From the human T2T-CHM13v2.0 reference genome, Homo sapiens, in the NCBI RefSeq assembly GCF_009914755.1, contig NC_060927.1: DNA of 64,000 bases; one strand, given 5' to 3'. The notes below the pieces were generated by a model that was given only the letters and a program-made list of their open reading frames with translations, was not told the DNA's origin and did not search any database. Shown one piece after another: positions 1 through 59,013 of this stretch. Position numbers and translations under genes: made by a program. Numbering within the stretch: position 1 is the first letter of the stretch; every line of letters begins with the position of its first letter.

Positions 1-462
1 CATGCTGCAAAGCTAAGGAAACAATGACCTGTGATGACATCCTAGGAAGAGTAGAGAGAAACTACAGTACTGATTTTCTTTATGAACCTGATAAAGCGCA
101 ATGTTTTTGGAGAAAATATTCTTTAAAGTCAAAAGTTAGTTTGGTAACTCTTAGCCTCCAGATTTCTCTCTAACCTAATGGTTTTTGTTTTGATCTCGAA
201 GGAAGTATTAATATTAATACAATGTCAGGGTCTTAATTGGATACTTCTGGTGTTTAGAATTAGTATTGCTTGAAATGTGTTGGGTATTGTTTTTCTGTCC
301 ATGTGTGTTTATTAATTATTGTATAATCGGGGGAAAAATTGTGAAATCTGAAAGCCCTTTTTAAGTAGGACTCTTTGCTACTACAGAAATGCTAATGATG
401 TCTTAAAACTGAAAAACTTTATAAATAGCATATGTCCTATTGTTTTAAAATTTTCTTTTTAA

Positions 463-567
<105 letters not shown>

Positions 568-651
568 AAATATTTTAAAAATACATTTATTTTACTAAAT
601 ACTGACTACATTTCTCTGTTAATATTGAGCTAAATGTTAAAAAATGGCCAG

Positions 652-657
652 ATTAAA
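652..657 (+). promoter_or_regulatory. Candidate polyadenylation signal ATTAAA of MRPS22
   Basis: First common PAS hexamer about 85 nt after the MRPS22 stop codon. Confidence 0.55.
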
Positions 658-1415
658 AGATATCAATTTGTAGTTCTCCCTACAAAGCAAAAATTATTAC
701 CCTACTCACTTTTCGTAGGCTACAAGGATATTTGAGTGCCTGGTTATGAATTTCTCAAATCATGTTAGATGAGCGTACGGTTAAAAAGTCTGGTGTGTTT
801 TTGTGTTACCAAATAGGGCAAACGTTAACTTAGACAGACCCCCAGCTTAATGAGGTCAGAGGAACAGAGGTTTCACATCCTGACTCCAGAAATGGGTAGC
901 TGCTAGACAAAATCGGGGCAAGACCTGTGGAATGATGCAATGAGGTCAAGAAAAAGGGTTTAGAGAATTACAGCCTGGATATTCAGCTCTAAGAAAAATG
1001 TGATTGACAACATTTGAAAATGCAGATTTAGTTATACAAAGAAAAGACAGTGGGGCTGATCCCTAGGCAAGGTGTAGTTTCGGCTCAGCCTTCTAAAACT
1101 AGAAGCCTATTTTCATTATTGAGAAAGGAAACAAGTACCTTCATTAATTCAAAAGGTTTTATGAGATATGGTCTAATAGTATGAAAAAAATCAAAGCCCA
1201 TGTCTGTTTTAGTTAACAAGGAAAACACAGTGATTTAAATGCTGCACATAAACTCTTCTTAAGATGATGTGGGCATTGTGCTCCCAGTGGTCCACAGCAT
1301 TTACATATAAAAATCTAAGAAGTTTCTCATAGTCCAAAGCACTGTGGTCAGGGTAGCAATCAATACCTATATATAATAATGATCTGTTTAGTCAGGTAAA
1401 TGGAAAGCATTACAG

Positions 1416-33109
<31,694 letters not shown>

Positions 33110-33934
33110 GGCTGCGTCGGTCCAATCCCGGGAACCCTCGTTTGTTACCGGCTACTCAGGCCTTGAGATAAACCCACCGATCCACTGACCGTCAGACTGA
33201 CTGACGTGGAACTTCCGGGAGCCGATTCTCGCGATAGTCAGAGGCCAGGGCCGGAGCGCCTGCGCAAACTGCGCGCAGGGCCGTCGTTTCCCAAGCCCCG
33301 CCCCAGTTTCCTAGGCAACGTGGCCTTCCAGACCGCTGGTAGTGGACTTGAGGCTGTCGGGAAGGAGGGGTGTGGCCTAGACCACTAAGGGCCGTGACGT
33401 GGTGCCGCTGAGCTTGGACCCCGACCAGAAGATAGAGATTGAAACGATGAGGAAAACGAAGTGCCTAATCCCCGCTGGACGCTAACTGCAGGGCAAGCTC
33501 CCCAGTGTTGTAGTTGTGTTTCGGAGGCCGAGAACCGCTATCGGGCTTCCTCGGACTCTGGCCCTGGAGGGGGGAAACGGCGAGGGAGAAGGCGAAACGA
33601 GTCTCCAGTGTGTTCTTGGGGCCTGGTGCGAGGCCCAGAGAATTCTCTGCAGGCCTTTGCCCGGGCACTGATTAAGGCTGCGAAGAGACGCACCGGGCTG
33701 CGGGCTTAGTAGCTTCAGGCTTCTGAAGTCAGAGGGAGGGCTGAGAGCTTACACTTCTGGAGCTCCCCGGGAGACGGCAACTACCCAACCGTGTGGGTGT
33801 GTTTGTGTATGTGTCTTTTGTTGAGCTTCGGCTGGCTGTGTTATTCATTCAACAAATATTTATCGATCTTCGGCAGTGTGTCAGACATACCTTCTTCTCA
33901 AATCTTCACATCAAACCTGAATTATCTCCATTTA

Positions 33935-34305
<371 letters not shown>

Positions 34306-35736
34306 CACCTCAAAGTTTGTGCTCTTTCTACTACATAAAAATATCTCTTCATTAATGTGGCTGAATTCTAAGGGCCTGTGCCATAGGGGTTACACTACAC
34401 AATAAAGTTCGAGAACATTTGCCTGTCACACGCACTGCACATCTCCTGTATTTCCTTTTTTTTTTTTTTTTAAGAAAACATGTGGACCATAGAAAACTTG
34501 CCCTCTGGTTACACGTACAAACGTGTATTTTTAACTTGAGAGAAATCTTAAAGTCTTTTCAGACCTCCAGATTTTCAGAAAGGCAAAAAGAAAAATTATG
34601 TATTTGTGTGTGTAGATAATGATAATCAGAGGGAGATGATTTTGCACGAAATTATTTGGCTTTAGTAGGAGCCTTGAGCTAATGTGACTCTCTTCATGGG
34701 CCTCAGTTTTCATCATCTTAAAAAAAATCCAGCTACATGGTTTCTAAAGATCCTTCCATTTTTTTTTTTTTTATGTTTCTGTGGCATTCAATAGTGGAAA
34801 AAAGAGTCTGGAACTGGAGTTTAGTGCCAGCAGTGTGATCTTATGTAAATTGAGACTAATAATTCTAGTAATTGCATACTTTGCTTACTCTATGGAGTGA
34901 CTGAGGATCCTGAGTTGAAAAAATTATATGAACTATACCTAATTTGCTTGAATAGTGGAACTTTCAATATTTCTAACTCCTGAATACTCTTGCACTTGAG
35001 AGAGTATTTTTGGATTTGGCACAGTACTAAGTGATACAAAATAAAATGATGTATCTCTATTGTCAAGGGGCTCAGCTGGGAATGCTTAAATCTTTGTATA
35101 CCACTGGGCCACCTAAGGGTCTACCTAGCTGGTGTTGCGGGCCTGAACCCTCAAGTGTCATTCTTACTTGGACTATATCTTTTCTCATGTTTTCCACTGC
35201 AATTAGCCAAAATTAAGTCCTGCAATTGTAGACTGTAAATTCACTCTTTTAACCATTACATACTGAATGTGTACTATATACAAAGCACTATACTAGGTGC
35301 TGCCTTAAGATATTACCCATAGAATTTGGTGTTGGATTTTGGTTGAAATAAATTTTAAAGAAATAAAATTCTTAAATAGGAACTAATACATAACATTAAA
35401 TATACACGTGTATTTCACTAGGCGTTCGACTGTGGGTTTAAATTAAAATCTTTTGTTTACTTGGTTTAGAGGAGACTGGAAGGTTAGGAAAAATAACCGT
35501 TGGGAAGAAAAGAAATATAGACAAGCTTAGCAGATTGGTAAAGGGTTTCCCAAGAGGTTGACTGCAATCGATTAACAGATCTTAAAGTCTTACCTAGTCA
35601 ATTTCTATAATAGCTATTTCAGCCCTGCCTTTTTGCAGCAGCTGGGAGAATTCCAAGTGGGAATTCAGGTTGCAGTGCCTCTGTAAGTACCCTATATACA
35701 CTGTTCCCTTCCCACCCTATTCCTACCTCTTCATAA

Positions 35737-36101
<365 letters not shown>

Positions 36102-39100
36102 TTGTTTATTATTTTTAAATATACATGTGTTATCACTTAGCTAAGTGGTAAGTACTAGCACGAATAGGAACCTAGTTTCTCCCTTCAAAGGGGTTACAAT
36201 TTATAAGCAGGAAAGGTTATTTATGCACAAATAATTGAATACCAGGCAGAATATGAGTACCTTCTGAGAGAAGTACCAGTAAAATACTCTGAAGATAAAA
36301 TATCCAGCTAGGGAGATAAGTTTCATAAAGGAGGTAGAATCTGAGGTGGACTTTGAGGTGAAGAGTATACGGCATGTTTGAGAACCAAAAAAGGTCCAAT
36401 TTGTTTGGAGAATGGTATTCATTTAGAAGAGCAGTGAGGGAGAAGGTTGAAGAGGAAGCTTGGGGCTAGAACCTGAAGATTTTTAAATCGGGAGAAATTG
36501 AGCTTTGAGTCAAGCAGTTGGGACTTACTGGGCCAGATAGGAAACCTGTTTATATCTGTACTCTAGATGATTTGTCTTTTGTTGATGTGTATGACACACT
36601 AAAAGAAGTTGAAACAGACTATATAAGTTTGGTGGAAGTGAGTGTGGAAATAACAGTAATAAGGAAAAATTTTTATTAAATGCCCACTATGTACCTACCT
36701 GCCATTGGAATATGTACTTTGCATACTGCAATTCATAAAGTAATACTAAAAGATAGGCATTATTTTCTCCAATTTATAGATGAAAAACAGAGGCTTAAAT
36801 TGATTAAGTAGTATACCTCATGCCACATTGCTCATGACTGACAGACCTGAGATATGAACCTAAGTTATATTTAATGATACTAACATCTTTTTTTACTGGA
36901 TTGTAATTTCTCCTTTTTTCCCTGAGAAGCTAGAATCAACTGGATACACAAATGCGTTTGTTGAATTGAGGGAGTGGGAGGCATCCTATTGCTGATGTTT
37001 TTAATCTAATGAACCCAGAAGAATATCTTTAATCAGAGGAAGATGTGGAGCCAGTGAATGATAGTGGAGCCAATGAAGGAACAATCAGAGAAAGAGAATC
37101 AGGAAAGAAGAAAAAGTGAAAGAAAAAGAAGTGGAGTCAGTGTAGGAACAATCAGAATAAGAGACCCAGAATAACTTTATGTCACAGAAGGAAAAGAAAG
37201 GGAAAATGTGACTGGGTGACTAGCATCTTGATAGCTTTAGAGAATTTAAGGAGGCTTAGTATTTGCCAAAACTATTGCCAATGAAATAAATGATTATGAG
37301 GACACTATCAGCCTTCAAAAAAGTTGAGTAATGGTAGGGAAGGCAAGTTTACAAAGGGTTTAGAAATTATTGGATGATAAAAAAAGTAGAGGTCATCAGT
37401 ATAAACTATTTTACCAAGCGATTAGTGAAGAAAGGCAAATGTTGATGTGAGAGGTGTCTCACTGTAAGTGGGTTGACTGTTCCTGCATTTAGGGCATGCT
37501 TGATTTAATTATGATAGGCTCCAAATGGATGCAGGCCACTAAATGGACCTTTGTAGTGTGAGTAGGAACTAGCCAGGTAAATGTCAAGAGAGTATATCTA
37601 GAGCATTTGACTTTTCCAGAGAGCTAAGAATAGTTCAGCATGCCTGGGCCAGAGAGTAAGAAGGGGGAGGATTGAGAAATGGTATTAGAAAGATAAATGA
37701 GATTCAGATTCTGAAGATCCATGATAGCCAGTTAAAGGAGTCTGGACTTTATCCTGTAGGCTCTGGGGAACCATTTAAGAATGTTAAGTAGGGTAATCTT
37801 CATGCTCCATTACTGATACATCATCACATGTCAGTTACTTTTCCTGTTAGAGGAAATGTTAAGAATATCAGCCTGATTTCTGTATGAGGTGAATGAAAGC
37901 AAAAGTTTTGACCACATAGTCAAGTAGCAGCCAGCAGCAGACTAAATTGAGTTGGAGATCCACTGAACTGTCTTCCAAGAAAAATGGAGTTTGTGGTTGC
38001 CCAACACTTAGAGGCAAATGTTGGACTGATTGCAAAAGCATTGACCAACCACAATGTGCTGTACACTTCATGTGACTACCTTCTAAACATTTTAAATTTG
38101 TTAAATTTACTCCATGGGAGTTTGATGTAGAATTCCAGATGCAGAGGATGCTAACTTTTGTTTACCTGAAAGTGTAAAAATCCAGATTATTAGTAATGTG
38201 TTTGACTTGTGTTAATTTTACCTTAAAAATTACATTAACCTTATGTTTTTCTAATGAGTATTTTTAGAGGAGTCAAAGTTTAAAGTGAGCTTTGAATGAA
38301 ACAAAGGAGGTGATTTCATAGATGGGAATTGCTAGACATTGTAAATATGGCAGTAGACTGGGGAGTTTGTTAGTGATCTCCACAGTTCTCCATCTGCGGA
38401 TTCGTTCTCTACCCCACTCTTCACTCATGGGGTACAGACCCCATGGTAAGTCATGACCAGTGGGCTCTGGGTACTTCTTTGCCCCAGGGTTGTCAAGTGA
38501 AGTGAATCTCTGGGTCTTAGTTTTATTACCTACAAAATAATAATGGACAGCATTAGCTCCAAAGTCTCTTCCTGTTGTAAGCTTTTTTATACTTTTGAGT
38601 CTGTGATTCTATGTTCTTGTCAAACGAAGTGGATGAGGGGAGTGCCTGCAGGGTGTTTTAATGGGCATTTGTCTTTACTTAATTCAAGTGCCAGTGTAGT
38701 AGCGTTTCCCACATCTTTCATAGCATGCATTGTTCTTTTTCTCTGGAAGCCACCTTCCATCAGCAAATTTTTGTTGAGATTTTGTTGTGCTTGGAACAAT
38801 GCTCTACAAACCTGAGGCTCCTGGGGCTCAGGACAAGGAGGCTGGTAGGCATGAGGGGACAAGGAATACAGGCCAAGTGTGCCTGGTATGTAGAGGTCCC
38901 AGGTGAACATTCTCTCAACCAATGTTTAACTTTCTTTCTAGGAAAAAGATTTCACAAAGTTTTATATAAGCAAGTAGATAGGTTTAGAGTAATTATGTTT
39001 CATTAAGAATTATGTCCTTGGAAATGACAGTGCTGCATATAAATAAATGAATAATAATGATGAATAGCCTGAATATCTGGCATATAGCAGTTACCTTTAA

Positions 39101-39675
39101 ATTAATTGAAAAAAAATTTAATGTAAAAGTGAAATATCTGGAGTGACAAGGCACTGCACAGTGTGATTTTCATCAAATTGCTTTATTCCTCTTTCTTCTG
39201 AAGCATTTGTCAGTTCAAGTTGATCTAAGGGCATTACTGAATTTGAATTCAAATGTACTCCAAGTCCCAAGGTTTAAAAATGAATTCCTGGGGTTCTGAA
39301 CTCATGATATGCTTTTGTATCTGAAGATGATCATCCAAAACATATTGAGTAGCACTACGACAGGATTTTTCATTTGATGTCAAAGCAACTTCACATTGAT
39401 AGTGTTTGATATAGTCACTAAAATCCAAATAAAGCTATTGTCTCTAGGAAGAAGAAATTGTTTCTTTAGCTAAATATGGCCATACTTTGGTGCATCTGAC
39501 ACTGACAATGAATATAGATATAACTTTATCCTAAAAGGGTTTATATATAAAGTGTAACATTCACTTTATATACATACATATAGATAGACGAATAGACATA
39601 AATAAAGTCAATATCTGAAAGAAGTAGAAGATTATAAGTGATTTTATTTGTATTTTCTATTTTTCTATTATATAG

Positions 39676-39999
<324 letters not shown>

Positions 40000-41149
40000 A
40001 GAAACAAAGTTATTTTAAGCAAACAAAATGTACCAAAGGAGCTTGCCATTTTGAAGAAAGCTTATTTTAAATCTGCCCACAGCAAAGAAATACCTCTTAT
40101 TTTCTGCGTAAATCTAGATTCTCATTTTATAAAGCCCACTAGGGTGAAACGAAATGATACAGGCATATTCAGGAATGAACAGTCCACCAAAAGAGAATAT
40201 GCAATTTCTGTCTCAGTGTTTCAAGGGAACTCAGAACTAGGTTCTGAGAAAAAAATGGATTTTATGGTAAGGGGTATTCCTGGTAGAACTAGACAAGAAA
40301 GCAGCATTATTGAAAGGTTTAAAGTTGAAAGGGGAATCATAAGGCAAATGATCCGGGAGCAGAAGGTTGAGAGCTGTTAAGGTTCCTGGTGGAAGGGCTG
40401 TAAGCAGGGCTCTTATTCAGTTAGTATGTACTAGTGTTGCCAATGCATGTATTAAAATATGGAAATACTTGTTGCTAAATAGCCTCTGCCTTGAATATCT
40501 GCATTATCCTAGCGGATCAGGTTCCTCCTCTGGGGCTTTTCCACAATCCAGCTACTAAAGTGTTTAACAATTTATACCACAGGGGGCCCCCAGGATCTTG
40601 ATCCTATGCAGCAGCCAGGATCTGGACTTACATTAGGTGTCTTTTCTGATTGATACGTACTGGTACTTAGCATTATTAAATATTTTGAATGTCAACCCTG
40701 CCGGTAAGGGATAAGGAACTGGTCCTTGATGTACCAAGTGATGAGGAGTCAAGGAAAGGAGAAAGCAGGTATTTTCCACCAACAAGCTATATTCGCAGCA
40801 GGGAAGATTTTAAGGTAGGGCTGGATGGTCTCTGTCAGCCACCTCCCACCTCTCAGGTACCCTCTCATCCCTTTTCACCAACTCTGTGTGCCATAGCAGG
40901 GCCTTGTTCTACAACTTTCTCAAACATGGGTCTGATTAACTTATGACCTTATCCATTACTCTTAAAATGCAAGCAACGTGGATTTTTCAAGCCTCTCCCA
41001 GAGTGTCCAGAACTTTATAGGGGATCACAGACTAAGAACAGGGACCAAATTTGTTCTTGAGTGGCACTCTTTGTTGTTATTGTAAATTCTAGGTTAGCAC
41101 TAATTTTCTTTGACCATATTAAACCTGTATCGGTCTACCCTTTACTGAC

Positions 41150-42460
41150 ACGCTGTTAAGCAGCCTATTGTTAGTTGCTCCTTTGAAGAGAATTTTCTCT
41201 GACTGTTTTAAGATTTTCTCTTTATCTTAGGTTTCTGCACTTTCATAACCAGTTGTCTAAGCATGAGTTTCATTCTTTTCTGCATGGAATTGACTGAGTC
41301 TTAAATCTGTGAATTGGTGTCTTATCAGTTACAAAAAATTCTCAAGCTCTACCCTACGCTCTTATCCACTGCTTCCTGGCATGCCAATGTTAGAACTTTG
41401 TACTATATTCTCCTATGTTCTCCACATCTTGTATATGTGGTTATTTTTTTCCTCTCAGTACTGCATTCTATGCATGGTCTTCTGACCCCACCTCCTCAAT
41501 CGGCCCTCCAGTTCATTATTTCTCTCTTATACAGGTATTGGCAATATGTTGCAAATATAATTGTTGAGTTTTTATTTCAGTTACTATGTTTTTGTTTTTA
41601 GTTTCATTTCTTTTCAGACATGATATGTGACTTTTTATAGTCTACTATAGTTAATTTCAAGGTTGCCATTCATTTCTATAAACATCGTAACCATAATTGT
41701 TTTTTAATCTAGGTCTAATAGCTGAAGCCTGTGTGGGTCTATTCCTTCTCTCTGTTGTTTTGCTCGTTCTTATTCCCTTGGTTATTTGTTATCTTTGACT
41801 AGATAACTGGCAATTGTCCTCAAATTATTTAGGAGGATACTCTGAAACCTAGTCTGGGTGTGTCCTCCTCTAGAGAGGCTTTATTTTGTTTTTGTCAGGC
41901 ACCTGGGGACAACAGTTGAGATCTCCTCACAGCACATGCTTGGCTTAAAGTCTGGCTCATGCAGGCTAAGTGTACCCATGGTACAAAGCCATAAGAATTT
42001 GGTCTATGGCCACAGCTTCTCAAGGACATTTTGTTCCTTTTTTTTCTTCTTCTTTGCTTAGTACCAAGGCAGTTTTCCTGCAGTCCTTTCAGGTTGAGGG
42101 GTAAGAGAGGCAAATTTAGGTCTGGTTTATCCTTAATTTGCATGTGTATTAATTTGGGAAGAATACCCAGTAAGACTCTCCAGTTTCTGTGGGCCGCACT
42201 TGACTAGTATCCATTTGGCCCATAGTGACTACAGCAGTATTGACAGATACTTCTAAGGATTTTGATCATTCAGTAGTCTTCTTACTATTTTGGTAGCAGG
42301 ATTTTATCCAAATGTTGACCTGGAAGTTCTTAATTGTGTTTTCAAATATTTGATTATTTTAAGGTAGTGGTGTTTGTTTAAATATATGTTATCAGTATTT
42401 TTGTTGTTGTTTTCAGCAAGAGTGTTGACCTGAATAACCTAGCCTGCTATTGCCAGAAAC
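41150..42460 (-). mobile_element. Ancient L1M/HAL1-like relic; boundaries approximate
   Basis: T-rich decayed ORF1-type sequence (gactgttttaagattttctctttatct). Confidence 0.4.
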
Positions 42461-43049
42461 CAGAAGCCTCTGAGGGAGTTTATAATTGAGTCTTAATAAA
42501 AGCATTTTAAAGATGAAAGACAATAATAGCGGTAAGTTATTCTGATTTAGAGTAGATGAAAGAGGTCAAGGCTTAATTGGCAAGGAACTGCATAATGGAA
42601 TAGTAGCTACATTTTAAAAGGAAGTGAGACAGAGGCCTTCCCAGTGCCCTGAAAATGGAACTCATCTTTGGGTGATGTGGCTGTATAAAATTCTGACATA
42701 TTTGGCAAGAACTTTTCTCATGTTTCTTCATATTCTTATTTTCTTGCAGCATCTCGTGGCCTTGGCTCTCTAACAGCTTCTGTTCAATCACCTGTCTCAA
42801 GTTCTGCCTCCATTCTCTCTGTCACTGCTCCTTCTCTCACCTGGATAAGAATATGAGTGAATGGTTCATAGCAGTCACTGGTATTCCCTGGTTACAGCAG
42901 AATCTTCTCCCAAGGGGAGAAGTGTACATATGCACATTTTTTTTCATACAATTTCTGGGGATACTTGCTGCCTTAGGAGATTGAGGAAAATTTCATGGAG
43001 AAGGAGACACTTAAGAATAGGCCAGAATCAAATGAGATACCTCATTTGA

Positions 43050-43960
43050 GAGAAATTAGACATCCCTTGAGAGAAGACATATACATGGCTAACAGGTATA
43101 TGAAAAAATGCAAAGATACAGAGAATATTTGAAAATGCAAAAAAAAAAAAAAAAGACAACAAATGCAAAAATACAGAGAACGAGAAACTCTTATATATTG
43201 TTGGTGGGAATGTACATTATGAAAAACAGTATGGAGGTTGCCAAAAAAAAAAAAAAACCTAAAAATAGAGCTACCACATGATCCAGCAATCCCACTACTG
43301 GGTATATATTCAAAGGAAAGGAGATCAGTGTGTTAAGGAGACATCTGCACTCCATGTTTATTGCAGCATTATTTATAATGGCCAAGATGTGGAATCAACC
43401 AAACTGTCCATCAACAGATGAATAGATAAAGAAAAAGTGGTATATATACACAATGAAATACTAATCAGCCATAAAAAAGAAGAAAATTCTATAATTCGTG
43501 GCAACATGGGTGAATTTGGAGGACATTATGTAAAGTGAAATAAGCCAGGCAGAGAAAGACAAATAATACATGTTCTCACCCGTATGTAGAAGCTAAAAAT
43601 GTTTATCTTAAAAATGTAGAGAGGAGAATGGTAGTTACTAGAGACGAGGAAAGATGAGGTAGTGGGAGATAGCCAGAGGTTGGTTAATGGATACAAAATT
43701 ACAGCTAGATCAGAGGAATAAATTATAGTGTTCCATAGCACTGTAAAGTGATCATAATTAACAACATTTACTGTATATTTTCAAATAGCTAGAAGAGCAG
43801 ATTTTGAATGCTCCCAACACAAAGAAATGATAAATGTTTGAGATGATGGATATGCTAATTACTGTGATTTGATAATTACACATTGTATACATGTATTGAA
43901 ATATCACACTGTACCTCATAAATATGTACACTTATTAAATATTAATTAAAAAAATAAAAG
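43050..43960 (+). mobile_element. L1MA 3' fragment
   Basis: End of ORF2 (gaagacatatacatggctaacagg..., ccacatgatccagcaatcccactactggg) plus an L1MA-type 3' UTR and A tail. Confidence 0.82.
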
Positions 43961-44173
43961 TAGAAAAATGGGCCAGATTTCAGAAGGCAGAGATAATAAT
44001 AGCAGTTGGCCATATTTCACAGAGTTTGATGCTTTTCATTCAGCAACCCTGAAAATATTCCCACTTTATTACTTTTTCTTTTTAATTTTTGTGGGTACAT
44101 TGTAGGTGTATATATTTATGAGATACATGAGATGTTTTGATATAGGCATACAATATATAATAATCACATCATG

Positions 44174-44492
<319 letters not shown>

Positions 44493-44594
44493 TCACATAA
44501 TGAAGAATGGAGTGTTCATCCCCTCAAGCATTTATCCTTGTGTTACAAACAGTCCGATTATACTCTTTAGTTATTTTCAAATGTACAATTAAAA

Positions 44595-46017
44595 TTTTTA
44601 AACTTTTAGGTTCAGAGGCATATGTGAAGGGTTGTTATATAGGTAAACTTATGTCATGGGGGTTTGTTGTATAGATTATTTCATCATGCAGATATTAATC
44701 TTAGTTCCCAGGGGTTATCTTTTCTGCTCCTCTCCCTCCTCCCACCCTCCATCCTCACGTAGACCTCAGTGTCTTTTGTTCCCTTTTTTGCATTCATGGG
44801 TTCTCATCATTTAGCTCTCACTTATAAGTGAGAACATGTGGCATTTGGTTTTCTGTTCCTACATGAGTTTGCTAAGGATAATAGCCTCCAGCTACATCCA
44901 TGTTCCCACAAAAGACACAATTTCATTCTTTTTTATGGCTGCATAGTATTCCATGGTGTATATATACCACATTTTCTTTATCCAATCTGTCATTGATGGG
45001 CATTTAGGTTGTTTCCATGTCTTTGCTATTGTTAATAGTGCTGCAATAAACATTCACGTGCATGTGTCTTTATGGTAGAATGATTTATATTCCTCTGGGT
45101 ATATACCCAGTAATGGGATTGCTGGGTTGAATGGTTGTTCTGTTTTTAGCTCTTTGAGGAACCACCATATGGCTTTCCACAATGATTGAACTAACTTACA
45201 CTCCCACAAACAGTTTATGAGTATTCCCTTTATTCCACAACTTCTCCATCATCTGTTATTTTTTGACTTTTTAATAATGGCCATTCTGACTGGTGTGAGA
45301 TGGTACCTCATTGTGGTTTTGATTTGCATTTCTCTAATGATCAGTGATGTTGAGCTTTTATTCATATGATTTTTGGCCGCATGAATGTGTTCTTTTGAGA
45401 AGTGTCTGTTTGTGTCCTTTGCCCACTTTTTCATGGTTTTTTTTCTTGTAAATTTGTTTAAGTTCCTTGTAGATTCTGGATATTTGACCTTTGTCAGATG
45501 GATAGATAGCAAAAATTTTCTCCCACTCTGTAGGTTGCCTGTTTGCTCTGTAGCAGTACCATGCTGTTTTGGTTACTGTAGCCCTGTAGTGTACTTTGAA
45601 GTCAAGTAATGTGATGCCTCCAGGTTTGTTCTTTTTGCTTAGGATTGCCTTGGCTATTGGGCTCTTATTTTGTTCCATATAAATTTTAAAATAGTTTTTT
45701 CTAGTCCTGTGAGGAATGTTGTTGGTAGTTTGATAGGATTAACATTGAATCTCTAAATAGCTTTGGGTACTATGGCCGTTTTAATGATATTCATTCTTTC
45801 TATCCATGAGCATGGGATGATTTTCCCCATTTGTTTGTGTCTTCTCTGATTTCTTTGAGCAGTGTTTTGTAATTTTTATTGTAGAGATCTTTTACCTCCC
45901 TGGTTAGCTATATTCCTAGGTATTTTTTCTTTTTGTAGCAATTGTGAATGGGATTGCCTTCCTGATTTGGCTCTTGGCTTGGCTGTTGTTGGTGTATAGG
46001 CATACTAGTTATTTTTG
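44595..46017 (-). mobile_element. Older L1PA-type 5'-truncated element; resumes at 59014-59058
   Basis: L1PA-type 3' UTR and ORF2 end. The sequence continues ctagtaatttttgcacattgattttg after the L1PB insertion. Confidence 0.75.

Positions 46018-59013
<12,996 letters not shown>

Noticed and set aside
40576-40592. ccacagggggcccc as a CTCF site or palindrome
   Set aside because: It is one base short of the CCASYAGRKGGC spacing, so I cannot support it from sequence alone.
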